From IMG/VR virus record IMGVR_UViG_3300009149_000011, positions 32,001-96,000 of that record: a stretch of 64,000 nucleotides of DNA; one strand, 5' to 3'. This document shows positions 48,159 to 58,971 of this stretch, piece by piece. This stretch comes from a virus. Every line of letters begins with the position of its first letter. The stretch's first letter is position 1. The position numbers and the translations under genes were made by a program. The notes beneath the pieces are model-generated. The model was not told the origin of the DNA and ran no database searches. It saw only the letters and a program-made list of their open reading frames with translations.

Positions 48159-48900
48159 CTAACATCCACTCATATTTAGTTCCAGATATCCCTTCAGCTA
48201 CTTCATCGTAGTTTTCTAAAATTTCTCTCAAAGGAAATGGGTTTGTCTTTTTTAAATAAAAACAAGGCTCCTGTTCAGACTCAAGGTTTACAAACTTCAA
48301 AACCTTATCATAAGCTATTCTAGGATCATCTTTAATATCTTCTTCATAAGATATCTTAAGTAAATCATCATCCTTTAGTATTTCGCTCATTTCTAAATAC
48401 CACTCATCCATAGCTGGGAACAACGTGTTAACTATCCAATTTACATCACCTAGATCAATCTTAGTAATGTTATTCACCTCTGTGTTTGAATGCCAGTATC
48501 CATTTTTCTTAGCAACCATAGCTGAAACATATCTTCTTAGGTAATTTTTTCTATCCATAATAATGAATTTATTAATTCCCGCTTTACCTTTAATAGTATC
48601 AATATACTCTCTAGGAGTCATGTTTCTCACCTCATCACTCATATGCACATTACTGTACTTAAATGGCATTGTTTCAAAAAAATAAGCCTTTTTTTTATAT
48701 GCAGTGGATACCTGAATTCTACTTACCAAGTAAGGGAATATAGGCGTATCCATCGGCTTTGTAAATATATCCAAATCATGTTCGACATTACTTGGGTTGT
48801 ATAACTTTATTGTATTATTAATCAAATGGCTCCCACATCTACCTAGATGTAGAACAGCCACTTTTTCAATATCACCACCGCCTAAGTTAACCGTAACCAT
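48148..48900 (-). CDS. Stf0-like sulfotransferase
   Basis: GRCGSH, R.NYLRRYVS, ISYEED. Confidence 0.7.
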   Translation of the reverse strand: MVTVNLGGGDIEKVAVLHLGRCGSHLINNTIKLYNPSNVEHDLDIFTKPMDTPIFPYLVSRIQVSTAYKKKAYFFETMPFKYSNVHMSDEVRNMTPREYIDTIKGKAGINKFIIMDRKNYLRRYVSAMVAKKNGYWHSNTEVNNITKIDLGDVNWIVNTLFPAMDEWYLEMSEILKDDDLLKISYEEDIKDDPRIAYDKVLKFVNLESEQEPCFYLKKTNPFPLREILENYDEVAEGISGTKYEWMLDGE

Positions 48901-48901
48901 A

Positions 48902-49249
48902 TTACGATAATAATTTCTTTAAAGAATCTTTATCATCATTGATTGATGATATCATTGCATCAAATTCAGCTAGTTTTTGTTCCCAGAAACCCTCAGATTG
49001 TTCTTCTCCCATTTTATACCAAGTAGTCTCCTTAAATTCTACCCCGTCCATTTCAGTGAAATAGTCATCAAACATATCCCTTGCTTCAAATTGAGCAATA
49101 GGAAATCCCATTCCACCTGGAGTCTCCATAGATTCTGGATAAAACAACCCAGGCTTATCTCCATATTCTATAAACACTTCATCCTTTACAAATAAAGATC
49201 CGATCGTTACAAGATCTTTTTTTAATTGTACCTTTCTTACTTTTCCCAT
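48902..49249 (-). CDS. hypothetical protein
   Basis: ORF. Confidence 0.65.
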   Translation of the reverse strand: MGKVRKVQLKKDLVTIGSLFVKDEVFIEYGDKPGLFYPESMETPGGMGFPIAQFEARDMFDDYFTEMDGVEFKETTWYKMGEEQSEGFWEQKLAEFDAMISSINDDKDSLKKLLS

Positions 49250-49253
49250 TTTT

Positions 49254-49526
49254 TTATGCTTTTCCTGTTAATATTTGTTTAAGCTCCCACTCTTCTTCAG
49301 TGAAATCTATAATACGAGTTTCGTTTTTGTCAAAATAATTTTTTATAGACGCAGCCTTGTCATATTCTTCTATATCAGAAAAATATTCCAATGCATTATC
49401 GATCATAAAACTAGGAGTTTTAAATTTCTCTAGCTCGACACTTTTCTTACTTGCATAAACAAATAAAGCGTAAAACTTAACAATTTCTTTCTCACTAAAC
49501 CTTCTAGTAACGTCTTTCATTTTCAA
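49254..49526 (-). CDS. hypothetical protein
   Basis: ORF. Confidence 0.6.
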   Translation of the reverse strand: MKMKDVTRRFSEKEIVKFYALFVYASKKSVELEKFKTPSFMIDNALEYFSDIEEYDKAASIKNYFDKNETRIIDFTEEEWELKQILTGKA

Positions 49527-49593
49527 TCTTTATTCCCATATCAAATATAAACATTCTTAAGTACAAAAAAAAGTATTTGAAATACTTTATAGT

Positions 49594-50523
49594 TTATTCG
49601 AAAATGGTAAAATACTCTAAATTATCAATATTTATATCTAAATCTAACTCCCATAAAGTCTCATTCTCTCTCATGGGTATAGTCTTTTTAATTGAACAAT
49701 TTCTCCAGTCTTTACCTTTGGTGCTACATAATATTTTATTGTGAGGTATATCGATGTAAGAAAACACTTTTATATTTCCATTGAAAGAGCCTTCTAATCT
49801 AACCAGCTCTTCATTAGAATGAGCTAATTCAAAACTTATCTCTTTAAACTGTTGAGCGTGATATTTATTTCTAAACTCATTAAAAAACCCTCTATTTACA
49901 TGCAATTCATATACTCCCCCTTCTTTTGACTTAATTATCATAAACTTTATGAACATGTACCATTCCTGATCCTCTAATATGCTCGGCATGTTCTCAGCCT
50001 TGATCTCGCTTCTAAAGCTATACAAAAAATCTATTGAAAGTACCTGATTCTTTATAATATCTTTTATATCCATGAACTCTACCCATTCTTCTATAAACTT
50101 TTCTTCTAGAATATAGTTCCTACATAAACTATCCCATCCGTGCCTGTTTATGTGATCCACGATTTCAGCTTTACTTAATGATGAAGTCTTATGCTCCAGA
50201 TAATCCTCCACCCTGACTGTTCTTTCGCCCATTACAGACACAGCTCTTTGAGTTGTATTATTGACAAAGCTAGTTATTATGTATCTGCATTTAGCCTCCT
50301 GCTCTTGTTCCAAAGATTCTACAGAACCAGAATATAAATATGGAGCCAATTGAAGTGTTTCTTTCAACCCTCCTTCAACTTCTCCCACACCTGGCAAACT
50401 TGTGAGAATTAAATCAATATCTAACTGGTTTAACTTAGATTTGCCTAGATTAATTCCAGGGTATGGATTATAAAACATATCCAATTCTTCAAGGGACGGA
50501 ATCCTATTTCCAAAATTTTTCAT
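49594..50523 (-). CDS. hypothetical protein
   Basis: ORF. Confidence 0.7.
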   Translation of the reverse strand: MKNFGNRIPSLEELDMFYNPYPGINLGKSKLNQLDIDLILTSLPGVGEVEGGLKETLQLAPYLYSGSVESLEQEQEAKCRYIITSFVNNTTQRAVSVMGERTVRVEDYLEHKTSSLSKAEIVDHINRHGWDSLCRNYILEEKFIEEWVEFMDIKDIIKNQVLSIDFLYSFRSEIKAENMPSILEDQEWYMFIKFMIIKSKEGGVYELHVNRGFFNEFRNKYHAQQFKEISFELAHSNEELVRLEGSFNGNIKVFSYIDIPHNKILCSTKGKDWRNCSIKKTIPMRENETLWELDLDINIDNLEYFTIFE

Positions 50524-50563
50524 TTACACTACTATTTATAGCAAATAATTAAAAACTAAAGCT

Positions 50564-50959
50564 ATGTTTAAAACGTTAAAAAATCTCATCCCATCCTCTG
50601 TTAAAGATGCCGCAATGAGAACCTCATCCACAAGGATTCAGTCTTATTTAATAGTGCCTCTTATTTACATATTTGCACTATTTACAGTAATATCAGAAGG
50701 TGTTTTGTTATTCCATGCTATGAATCTGGATCAAGACCATGCTCTATCAGCTCAGTTTATAACTGTGTTCATTTCAATACTTACTCATCACTTAGCATTA
50801 CTTGGTATTAACAAGAACTCTAAATCTGAACCAAAGTATTCCGAACTTAACGGATTTTCTCAAGAAGCAAAGATGGAAGGTGGGGAGAAAACCCTCCTTC
50901 AGGAATCTAATAAAAAAGTGAACAAAGATCAAGGCTATTCAGAAGAGGATATGATTTAA
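50564..50959 (+). CDS. two-TM membrane protein
   Basis: ORF preceded by TATTTATA on the + strand. Confidence 0.65.
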   Translation: MFKTLKNLIPSSVKDAAMRTSSTRIQSYLIVPLIYIFALFTVISEGVLLFHAMNLDQDHALSAQFITVFISILTHHLALLGINKNSKSEPKYSELNGFSQEAKMEGGEKTLLQESNKKVNKDQGYSEEDMI

Positions 50960-50970
50960 TCATACCCTCT

Positions 50971-51717
50971 CTATAGCTTATCCTTGCTTAATTCATAGAA
51001 TTCATCAATATTTAAGAGTTTAAACTCAGTCTCTTTATACGGTGTGCTATGAGTGCTGTGGAAGTGTCCGTAAATATATTTTTTAGGGGCACACTCCATT
51101 TCCTCATCAATAGTCTTATAGAAATTGGTAACATTAGCTCTTTCATGATCTAGGTCTCTAATTAGATCCAAATCATTTTTAGCATAACTGTAAACAATGC
51201 TGCCCATAGTCTGAGGCCATGCAAACTCTGGAGATGTATGAGCTACTATAATATCTAAATTTTTCAAATCAAGAGACATTAACTTATCCTTATCAAAGTT
51301 AAAACCCTCCCCTTCCCAATAACTAGGAACGCTCCCAGGTTTGTGACCTTGAATTCTAGGTTTTCTATTAATAGACAAAGCCCCTCCTACAAATAACATC
51401 TTCATTCCATCTATTTCCTTAACAGTATAGTCTGGAATGAATTTAACATTTGAAAATTTTAAAGGAGTGTTACCTAAAGGGTCTTCTTTAAAGAAGTCTG
51501 GGTCATCATGATTACCTCGAATAGCATATAAATTGATAAATCTATCTGCAAGAAATTGATTTAACCCACCAATCATATCTCTATCCTTTTCGAAAGATTG
51601 AAATCCTATACCAAAGTCGCCAACTTGTATAATGTTAACCCCTGTAATATCTTTACTTTCTATTCTTTTTATAAGACGATGGAAAGCTCCATGAATATCT
51701 CCTAAAAACAGTGTCAT
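50971..51717 (-). CDS. calcineurin-like metallophosphoesterase
   Basis: GDIHG, GDFG, RGNHD, YGHFH. Confidence 0.9.
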   Translation of the reverse strand: MTLFLGDIHGAFHRLIKRIESKDITGVNIIQVGDFGIGFQSFEKDRDMIGGLNQFLADRFINLYAIRGNHDDPDFFKEDPLGNTPLKFSNVKFIPDYTVKEIDGMKMLFVGGALSINRKPRIQGHKPGSVPSYWEGEGFNFDKDKLMSLDLKNLDIIVAHTSPEFAWPQTMGSIVYSYAKNDLDLIRDLDHERANVTNFYKTIDEEMECAPKKYIYGHFHSTHSTPYKETEFKLLNIDEFYELSKDKL

Positions 51718-51738
51718 ATCGTTTAATTTAATTGTAAT

Positions 51739-52080
51739 CTAAAATAGCTTATCTATATCTAATGTTGAGTTTTCTTTAAGGATTTTAATGTTATCGTCTA
51801 TTTTTTTACATTCCCCCATAAAAGATTCAATCTCCAATGGTCCCAAACAAAACCATTCACCAACTAACCCTTCCCCATCCTGATCTTCTTTAGAAGAAGC
51901 GAAATGCCTATGCATAACCCCTTCAATCTTAGTGGCATACATGGAAGGGTATGCATATATAATCTCTACCTTATAAGGGCATCCAACTTGAATCCCTATT
52001 AATCTGGCATTCAAATCTTTAGTATGTCCTATTTTGAATAGGCTTTTGTTTTTATTGCCTATAAGATAAGTATAAGTCAT
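51739..52080 (-). CDS. GIY-YIG (T5orf172-like) protein
   Basis: YLI..KIGHT..R..Q.G.P..E..H..GEWF. Confidence 0.8.
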   Translation of the reverse strand: MTYTYLIGNKNKSLFKIGHTKDLNARLIGIQVGCPYKVEIIYAYPSMYATKIEGVMHRHFASSKEDQDGEGLVGEWFCLGPLEIESFMGECKKIDDNIKILKENSTLDIDKLF

Positions 52081-52160
52081 ATTTTAATGTATTAATTGAA
52101 TTTGACAAACTCAATTATTATTACATTAAAATTGTATATATTTATATTAAATCACTACCC

Positions 52161-52394
52161 ATGGATAAATCGGAAAATTTTGATATTGAAGATAGTCTGG
52201 ATCCGCAAAGAAATGTTACTGACTTTGTGGAGTTAGTAGTTTGTATAATGGAATACTATGGGACTGAGGCCAGAAAAACTGAGTCTGAAGAAGTTTGGAA
52301 GAGAGGTTCTCAATATGAAACTAAAAACATCCCTGATAATATCAACGACCTTGTGGAAGGAGCTTTTATTACTCAACTTAAAAAGTTTAACTAA
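52161..52394 (+). CDS. hypothetical protein
   Basis: TAATG-coupled to the PrsW gene. Confidence 0.55.
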   Translation: MDKSENFDIEDSLDPQRNVTDFVELVVCIMEYYGTEARKTESEEVWKRGSQYETKNIPDNINDLVEGAFITQLKKFN

Positions 52395-53227
52395 TGTTAC
52401 TAGGCACCTATTTATTGTACGTACTAGGGGCCATACTCCCTGCATTTTTATTTCTAATGCTATTCTTTTCAATAGCAAGACCTGTAGAATTTAATTACAA
52501 ATTTTTAGGAAGAGCATTTTTAATTTCAACTTTCTCCACTCAACTAGTATTATTAATGCACATTATATTTCCTCACTATAACGATGTAATGTTTAGCGAG
52601 AAAGTTGTGCATGTATTCTTCTTATCTTTTGTGCAAGTGGCCATGACTGAAGAGGTAGCTAAATATATAACCTTTAGATTTACTATACCTAGCAAAAAAC
52701 ACTCAATACAACCTATAACCATCATGTTGATATCTATGATATCGGCTGCGGCGTTTGCCACAATGGAGAACCTACTTTATCTTCAAAGCGCTATTAACGC
52801 CCTAGAGTCCAGTAAAAATTCATTTATGATGGTTAGTGTTAATATAGAAAAAGGCATATGGGAAATGCTTGCTGGAAGAGCTGCATTTGCTGTGCTAACT
52901 CATCTTTTTTGCGGAGCGGCTATTGGATACTTCACTTCTATAGGGATGACTCAAAACCCTAATCTGACAAACTGGTTTGATAAATTTGTTAATAAAAACA
53001 GGAATAGGAGAGTGCTTTTATATTCTTTATATGGAATATTTATAGCCGTAATGATACATGGAGCTTATGATTTTAACATTTTCATAGCAAAAGAAGGTTT
53101 ATCTTCAGTAGCTAAAATGAAGCAATACATGTATATTATGAGCGGTATAGGGTTGTTTATGATTAGGAATATGATATTAACTCTAAGAGATATGACTAAT
53201 CAATCTAAAGGCGAGATTCCTCGATAG
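52394..53227 (+). CDS. prsW: PrsW-family intramembrane protease
   Basis: EEVAK, FATMEN, H.., HGAYD, multi-TM. Confidence 0.85.
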   Translation: MLLGTYLLYVLGAILPAFLFLMLFFSIARPVEFNYKFLGRAFLISTFSTQLVLLMHIIFPHYNDVMFSEKVVHVFFLSFVQVAMTEEVAKYITFRFTIPSKKHSIQPITIMLISMISAAAFATMENLLYLQSAINALESSKNSFMMVSVNIEKGIWEMLAGRAAFAVLTHLFCGAAIGYFTSIGMTQNPNLTNWFDKFVNKNRNRRVLLYSLYGIFIAVMIHGAYDFNIFIAKEGLSSVAKMKQYMYIMSGIGLFMIRNMILTLRDMTNQSKGEIPR

Positions 53228-53813
53228 AATATATTAAATCCGTAAGAAAAGCTTCCATTAAATCTAATAAAGTAAATTCCATTTTATATTCACCTTGAAT
53301 TCTTGGGTTTAAATCTTTTTCGCTATCTAAATCAAGCCCTTCCATTAGTTTTTCAATATCCGCGCTTATATCATCTTGTTGTATGACAAGCTGATTTTCT
53401 AGAGACACTGGTATCTGAGATAAAAAGTCTGGCCTATTATTCTTATGTATATGTTCTTCCGAATATTTTACGAAGTCTACACAGGGCTCTATAAAAATAT
53501 AACCCCTGTCTACAGTAAGCTTCTTAAAAACTTTTACTTCTAAATATTTTTTACCTACCTGCTGACTGCTTATCATTGCTTGATATCTATCATAATAGTC
53601 ATTAAAATATTCGTAAATAAAATCTCTTGATAATGCAAAAAATTGCATTATATCTTCTACAGTAAGCCCTTCTTCCAACATAACACTCTGGCTTAAGCAA
53701 GATGTTACAAATTTGTTAGGGTCTACCTTATTGAAATCTACCAAGACTGGCTCCATTTCAGGATTAACATCGTCCAGGGTATATACTTGTTTATTTTTAC
53801 AGATTTTAATCAC
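53205..53813 (-). CDS. hypothetical protein
   Basis: ORF. Confidence 0.65.
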   Translation of the reverse strand: MIKICKNKQVYTLDDVNPEMEPVLVDFNKVDPNKFVTSCLSQSVMLEEGLTVEDIMQFFALSRDFIYEYFNDYYDRYQAMISSQQVGKKYLEVKVFKKLTVDRGYIFIEPCVDFVKYSEEHIHKNNRPDFLSQIPVSLENQLVIQQDDISADIEKLMEGLDLDSEKDLNPRIQGEYKMEFTLLDLMEAFLTDLIYSIEESRL

Positions 53814-53869
53814 GATTATCTCTTTTTATACTACAATGTAAACATAATTTAAAAAAAATTAAACTGGAT

Positions 53870-54142
53870 CTACCTTTTTGAGACCCAGTTTACAAATTTA
53901 ATAACCTTTGGATGAGATAATAACAACTCTATTGTATGATAGAGCCTAGCCATATCCTTTTCAGACACAAGCCTGTGAATGTTTTTGTGGCAATCAACAC
54001 AAAGATCAACGGTGAAATTCCGTTGATCTTTGATGAATAGCTTCTTGCACTAATTTCTTCGATGCTGACTTTTTGGCGCAAGATGGTGTCGAGTTGTTTC
54101 CAACTCTTCACGATCACAAAGTTTACATTTATTTTTTAGCAA
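53870..54142 (-). CDS. YisB-like small HNH protein with in-frame TAG (54052-54050)
   Basis: (TTG)LKNKCKLCDREELETTRHHLAPKSQHRRN*CKK..LCVDCHKNIH..HPKVIKFVNWVSKR*. Confidence 0.7.
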
Positions 54143-56282
54143 CCTTAACAATTACATCTCCCGATTTATTAAGGTCAATAGTAATCTTGTCGCCATCCTT
54201 AACTTCTTTCTTCATGATAGACATAGAAAGAGTATTCTCAACATATTTGGAGATCATTCTCTTTAAAGGTCTAGCTCCATATCGATGGTCATACCCTTTT
54301 TCAGCAAGAAGGCTAACTACAGCATCAGTTACCTTAATTGTAATTTCTCTATCAAGCAACATCCTCTTTTTAAGAATATCAAGTTGAATATTCACAATCT
54401 CCTTGATACCTGCTTCTGAAAGAGTTTTGAATACAACTACCTCATCTATTCTATTGATAAATTCTGGTGTTGTCATCTTATGCTTTTCAAGCTCTCCCAT
54501 TACAGCAGACTCCATTTCGTCTTGAGTTAATTTTTCAGAACTAGAGAAACCAATACTATCGCTTTGAACAATTTTATTTGTCCCAATGTTAGAAGTCATT
54601 ATAATGATAGTATTTTTAAAATCTACATCTCTACCCTTTGAATCCGTCAACCTACCTTCATCAAGTATTTGTAACAGATAGTTTTTAAGGTCTTCATGAG
54701 CTTTTTCAATCTCATCAAACAATATGATTGAATAAGGTTTTTGCTTAACTTTCTCCGTAAGCTGACCACCTTCTTCATGGCCAACAAATCCTGGAGGAGA
54801 TCCAATCAACTTAGCAGCTTCATGCTTCATTGAATATTCACTCATATCCATTCTAATTATATTCTCTTGATTTCCAAAAAGGAATTCAGACAATTGTTTA
54901 GACATCTCAGTTTTACCAACACCAGTTGGCCCTAAGAATAAGAAAGATCCGATTGGTTTTTTAGGGTCTCTAACGCCAGTCTTTGCTCTTTGTATAGCAG
55001 TAACTATCTTGTCAACAGCCTCATCTTGACCTACGATCTTCTCTTTCAATTCATCTGGCATAGTAAGAAGGCGATCGTTTTCTTCATCAGTAAGATTGTT
55101 AATTGGAATACCTGTATTATTAGAAATAATTGTAGCTACGTTCTCAAGAGTTACTTCAGTTTTCTCTATGTTCTTCTTATCTTCTTCATAAGAGTTCTTT
55201 AGAGCTTCTAATTCTTCCTCTAAACGCTTTTCTTTATCCTTGATCTTAGCGGCTTCTTCAAACTCTTGACCATCAACAGCTATCTTCTTACTCTTACCAA
55301 CTTCAATAAGCTCTTTTTCTTTGTCCTTGATATTCTCTGGAACAGGAGGTGCATTGTTTATTTTAATACTAGCTCCAACTTCATCCATTAAATCTATCGC
55401 TTTATCTGGATTATTTTTAGATGGAACATATCTCTCAGACCAGTCAACTATTTTGACTAAAATGTCATCAGGATAACTTACCCCATGATGATCTTCGTAC
55501 TTATCTTTGATGTTTGTAAGTATTTCTAAAACCTCTTCTCTCTTTGGGTGAGGAACCTTAACTGGCTGAAACCTTCTTTCCAAAGCTTTGTCACTTTCGA
55601 TGTGTTTTTGATATTCTTCATAAGTAGTTGCTCCAATCACTTTCATTTCACCCCTAGCTAAAGCTGGCTTTAAAATGTTTGATGCATCCATTGCTCCTGA
55701 AGAACTTCCTGCTCCCATTATGTTGTGAAGCTCATCAATGAATATTATAATGTCTGGATTCTCAGAAGCTTCCTTCATAATAGCTTCCATTCTCTCTTCG
55801 AATTGACCTCTGTATTTTGTTCCCGCAACAATAGAAGTTAAGCTAAGCTCTATAATTTTTACATTTAAAAGGCTAGAGTCAATATCTTTACTAGCTATTT
55901 TCTGAGCAAGACCTTCAACTACTGCAGTTTTTCCAATACCAGCATCACCAATAAGGACTGCGTTATTTTTCTTTCTTTTGCTAAGAATTCTAACCAACTG
56001 GTCAATCTCTTTCTGCCTACCTACAACTGGGTCTAAACCCCCATCAATAGCTTTTTGAGTCAAATCTCTACCAAAGTGATCTAAAACTGGAGTCTTAGAT
56101 TTATCGGATTTAGACTTACCTTTAGCTTTGTCCATTTGATAGTCTTTCTCTTCATCATCTTGAGGAGAATACCCATCCCCGCCAGCGTTGCGAGGATTTT
56201 CACCTCTAGGACCCGCTCCTGGGATTTTATTTTCATCGTCTTCGTCCTCGTATCTTCCGAACCCTTTTTTGTCTTTACTCAT
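54129..56282 (-). CDS. clpC: ClpC/ClpE-like AAA+ chaperone lacking the Clp N-domain
   Basis: Two Walker A motifs (GDAGIGKT, GPTGVGKT), UVR-like middle motif, GARPL. Confidence 0.9.
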   Translation of the reverse strand: MSKDKKGFGRYEDEDDENKIPGAGPRGENPRNAGGDGYSPQDDEEKDYQMDKAKGKSKSDKSKTPVLDHFGRDLTQKAIDGGLDPVVGRQKEIDQLVRILSKRKKNNAVLIGDAGIGKTAVVEGLAQKIASKDIDSSLLNVKIIELSLTSIVAGTKYRGQFEERMEAIMKEASENPDIIIFIDELHNIMGAGSSSGAMDASNILKPALARGEMKVIGATTYEEYQKHIESDKALERRFQPVKVPHPKREEVLEILTNIKDKYEDHHGVSYPDDILVKIVDWSERYVPSKNNPDKAIDLMDEVGASIKINNAPPVPENIKDKEKELIEVGKSKKIAVDGQEFEEAAKIKDKEKRLEEELEALKNSYEEDKKNIEKTEVTLENVATIISNNTGIPINNLTDEENDRLLTMPDELKEKIVGQDEAVDKIVTAIQRAKTGVRDPKKPIGSFLFLGPTGVGKTEMSKQLSEFLFGNQENIIRMDMSEYSMKHEAAKLIGSPPGFVGHEEGGQLTEKVKQKPYSIILFDEIEKAHEDLKNYLLQILDEGRLTDSKGRDVDFKNTIIIMTSNIGTNKIVQSDSIGFSSSEKLTQDEMESAVMGELEKHKMTTPEFINRIDEVVVFKTLSEAGIKEIVNIQLDILKKRMLLDREITIKVTDAVVSLLAEKGYDHRYGARPLKRMISKYVENTLSMSIMKKEVKDGDKITIDLNKSGDVIVKVAKK

Positions 56283-56288
56283 AATAAT

Positions 56289-56597
56289 TTAGGTTTTAGA
56301 AAGCTTATGCCTCCATTTATTCATTAACTCTTTTGTTGCTGTAAATTTAACTCTATTCCTTTTAATATAAAAAGAATCGGAGTGAGAAAAAAGGTTAAAG
56401 ACATTATTTTCTAAAGATCCGATGTATCCATCTTCTCCGTAAATACTAACTTTAACATCATAAGGTGTTTCAGTGAAGATAAACTTTACCCTATCTGTAT
56501 CTCCCCAGTAGTGAAATAACACGTATTCATCTGGAGATTTCTGAACCTTAACATCTCTACCTTGGTAGTCTTTAAACACCTTTGGGTACATAGACAT
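56289..56597 (-). CDS. hypothetical protein
   Basis: ORF. Confidence 0.6.
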   Translation of the reverse strand: MSMYPKVFKDYQGRDVKVQKSPDEYVLFHYWGDTDRVKFIFTETPYDVKVSIYGEDGYIGSLENNVFNLFSHSDSFYIKRNRVKFTATKELMNKWRHKLSKT

Positions 56598-56666
56598 CTT
56601 ATTTCCTTTTTTACTAACAATAGCAAATATAGGGAAGGGTAATCAAATAAAAAAGAAAATATAGAT

Positions 56667-56867
56667 CTAATTTTTGACTTTATTTTTTTTCAAGTCAAAC
56701 TCTACGAACATAGACTTGTCTTCGTCGGTGATACTGAAGAGGTTATATGTAGCATCTGGATAATAAAATCTTACTTCATCCCAAAGGTGGTCAAAGCCAA
56801 CTTCCTTCAATTTAGACTTTTTAATTTCTAACACTACTTTTTTTGGAGTTTTTGTAATCAATTTCAT
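56667..56867 (-). CDS. hypothetical protein
   Basis: ORF. Confidence 0.6.
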   Translation of the reverse strand: MKLITKTPKKVVLEIKKSKLKEVGFDHLWDEVRFYYPDATYNLFSITDEDKSMFVEFDLKKNKVKN

Positions 56868-56869
56868 AG

Positions 56870-57301
56870 CTACTTCTTTTTTGTTTCAGGACCATAATTA
56901 GTTGCATCCTGTTGTATTTTCCCCGCATCAAATTTTTCACCTTCTTGATCACTGCTAAACAGTTTGCTATAAAACTGTGAATCGTCTTTCAGGTTGCTAA
57001 TAACAATATCGGCTACATCAAAGTGATTCAACTTAGGGTTCTTTGCTTTCTCAAGCTTAAGCCCCTTCTTCAGTTCATCAAAAGGAAACTTATCTTTGTC
57101 AAGATCTTGATTAGTAGATGAAGATTGAAATTGGAGATATTCGTTTGCTTTATCGATTTCTTCAGGTCTTTTGAAATAGTCCTGATCGAGCATTGGAAAC
57201 TCGGCGCCGCTCTCTGGATAATTAACAAACATTGTTCCGTTAGCAACTTCGTTTATTATTATCTCCTCTCGTATGATTTGCTGTAATCTTTGCTTGTTCA
57301 T
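56870..57301 (-). CDS. hypothetical (IIREE motif)
   Basis: ORF. Confidence 0.7.
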   Translation of the reverse strand: MNKQRLQQIIREEIIINEVANGTMFVNYPESGAEFPMLDQDYFKRPEEIDKANEYLQFQSSSTNQDLDKDKFPFDELKKGLKLEKAKNPKLNHFDVADIVISNLKDDSQFYSKLFSSDQEGEKFDAGKIQQDATNYGPETKKK

Positions 57302-57452
57302 ATCGCGCCTATCTTTAGATATAAATAGCAGAATAATTTAAGTTTCACCCCAGTTGAAAACTTATATTTATAAAAGTAAGTTTACTTTAAACAACACAAG
57401 AGCCAAATTATTGGCTCTTGCATTACTTATTGATAATATGTTACATTGATGA

Positions 57453-57938
57453 TTAAGCGTTCAATATCTTGTAAAACATTGTCCCGACTTTTGCGTACAA
57501 TACATCCCACGCGTCTCTCAATAAAGTTCCGCATAACCAAGTTATAGCTGATATAGGGAATAAAAACCACCATCTGAAAACGCTGCTTTTAAGATCATAC
57601 TCTTTCTTAAATTGTTCTAAAGATTGTGTAGGGTTTTTATGACTACCTATCCCAACATTATACTTTTTAGTCAACTCTTTACCTTTAAAGTATGTTCTTA
57701 ATATTGCAAACAGTAACCCTATAAATACATACATTCCAATCAGCTGCCAGGATATATAGGATTCAATAGGGAAATTGCCCCAAAAATAATTCAAACCAAT
57801 AAAGATACCTGCTGAAACCGTTGCTCCAGTTCCAACTTCAGCTATATCGAATGCGATAAAAGCTATAAATAAAGCTACTACTGCTACAATAAACAGTGAA
57901 GCGTATCCAAATAATGTAAATGCTGTTAATAATTCCAT
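57453..57938 (-). CDS. membrane protein
   Basis: About 4 TM segments. Confidence 0.7.
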   Translation of the reverse strand: MELLTAFTLFGYASLFIVAVVALFIAFIAFDIAEVGTGATVSAGIFIGLNYFWGNFPIESYISWQLIGMYVFIGLLFAILRTYFKGKELTKKYNVGIGSHKNPTQSLEQFKKEYDLKSSVFRWWFLFPISAITWLCGTLLRDAWDVLYAKVGTMFYKILNA

Positions 57939-57977
57939 GATTTTCTAAATGAGTTTTTAAGCCGCTCAAGCTATTTT

Positions 57978-58442
57978 TTAATAATGCAAATAGCATATTG
58001 TAAAATTGAATATGGTGTGCGTTATTGATGTTATTGTCAATGCGAATGGATGGTTTACAGACAAACCTTTTATATACATTAAAGATAACCCTATTCCGCC
58101 AAAACCTTGAATTAATACATGTTCCCACCCACCATGAAGATACCCGAATAAGCATGAGACTATGACCATTACAGGAATAGTGTACTTTTCAAAGTATTTA
58201 ACAAGTATATAGATTGGTATAAATCTAAACGCTACTTCTTCCAAAACAGCCATCAAAGGTATAATTAAAAACAAGAAAACATTAATTCCAACCTTTTCAA
58301 CTAAAGCATCTAAATCGCTACTATCAACACTTTCACTATTAAGCAATATGTATCCTATTGTAATTGACACCGCACATAACGTTACATATATAATAGAGAC
58401 CTTTAAATAAGACCACCCTTTTATCTTCTGTACATTTACCAT
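57978..58442 (-). CDS. CPBP/Abi (CAAX) intramembrane protease
   Basis: EEVAFR, FGYLH, H..FN. Confidence 0.85.
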   Translation of the reverse strand: MVNVQKIKGWSYLKVSIIYVTLCAVSITIGYILLNSESVDSSDLDALVEKVGINVFLFLIIPLMAVLEEVAFRFIPIYILVKYFEKYTIPVMVIVSCLFGYLHGGWEHVLIQGFGGIGLSLMYIKGLSVNHPFALTITSITHTIFNFTICYLHY

Positions 58443-58443
58443 A

Positions 58444-58971
58444 TTATTTAAAACCTATTTTTAGACCCATCTCTTTCATCGCTAGGAGAGCTTCTGCGTT
58501 ACCTTTAGCGTCATCCAAAGCATTATGTGTATGCTTCGTTTTTCTTAGCTTACGCTTCCACTCATGGTTCTTAGACGCATCCTTTACTAAACCGCAATAT
58601 AAATCACCTAACCTTCTTGCAGAGAACCCCATAGGATTACTTTCCGTGAAGAAGTGAAAATAGTAATTGATCCATTGCCAGTCAAATGCTGGATTATCAG
58701 AAATCATAGTAGGTCTTCCTTTTGAGTTTTCATTAAGCCATTCGGAAAATTCTATCATTGCCTGTAAAGGGTCTCCGAAAGATTCATGCTCCTCTCTTGA
58801 ATAACCCGACACTGCTAGAGCGTCTGGTATCCATTTTTCGGATATTGGCTTAACTTCCCTGTAGAAAGTTTTAGTCAACCCTTCTTCAACTATAACGGCC
58901 CCAAAGGAAACCATTGAATAGACTCCAGGTATTGGACCGTCTGCTTCTACATCGATTGATATAAAGCTCAT
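58444..58971 (-). CDS. DEDDh 3'-5' exonuclease
   Basis: DVEADG, AFDW, HNALDDA. Confidence 0.88.
   Translation of the reverse strand: MSFISIDVEADGPIPGVYSMVSFGAVIVEEGLTKTFYREVKPISEKWIPDALAVSGYSREEHESFGDPLQAMIEFSEWLNENSKGRPTMISDNPAFDWQWINYYFHFFTESNPMGFSARRLGDLYCGLVKDASKNHEWKRKLRKTKHTHNALDDAKGNAEALLAMKEMGLKIGFK

Noticed and set aside
53929-54117. 62-aa ORF MIVKSW...
   Set aside because: Alternative frame of the amber-interrupted HNH gene.
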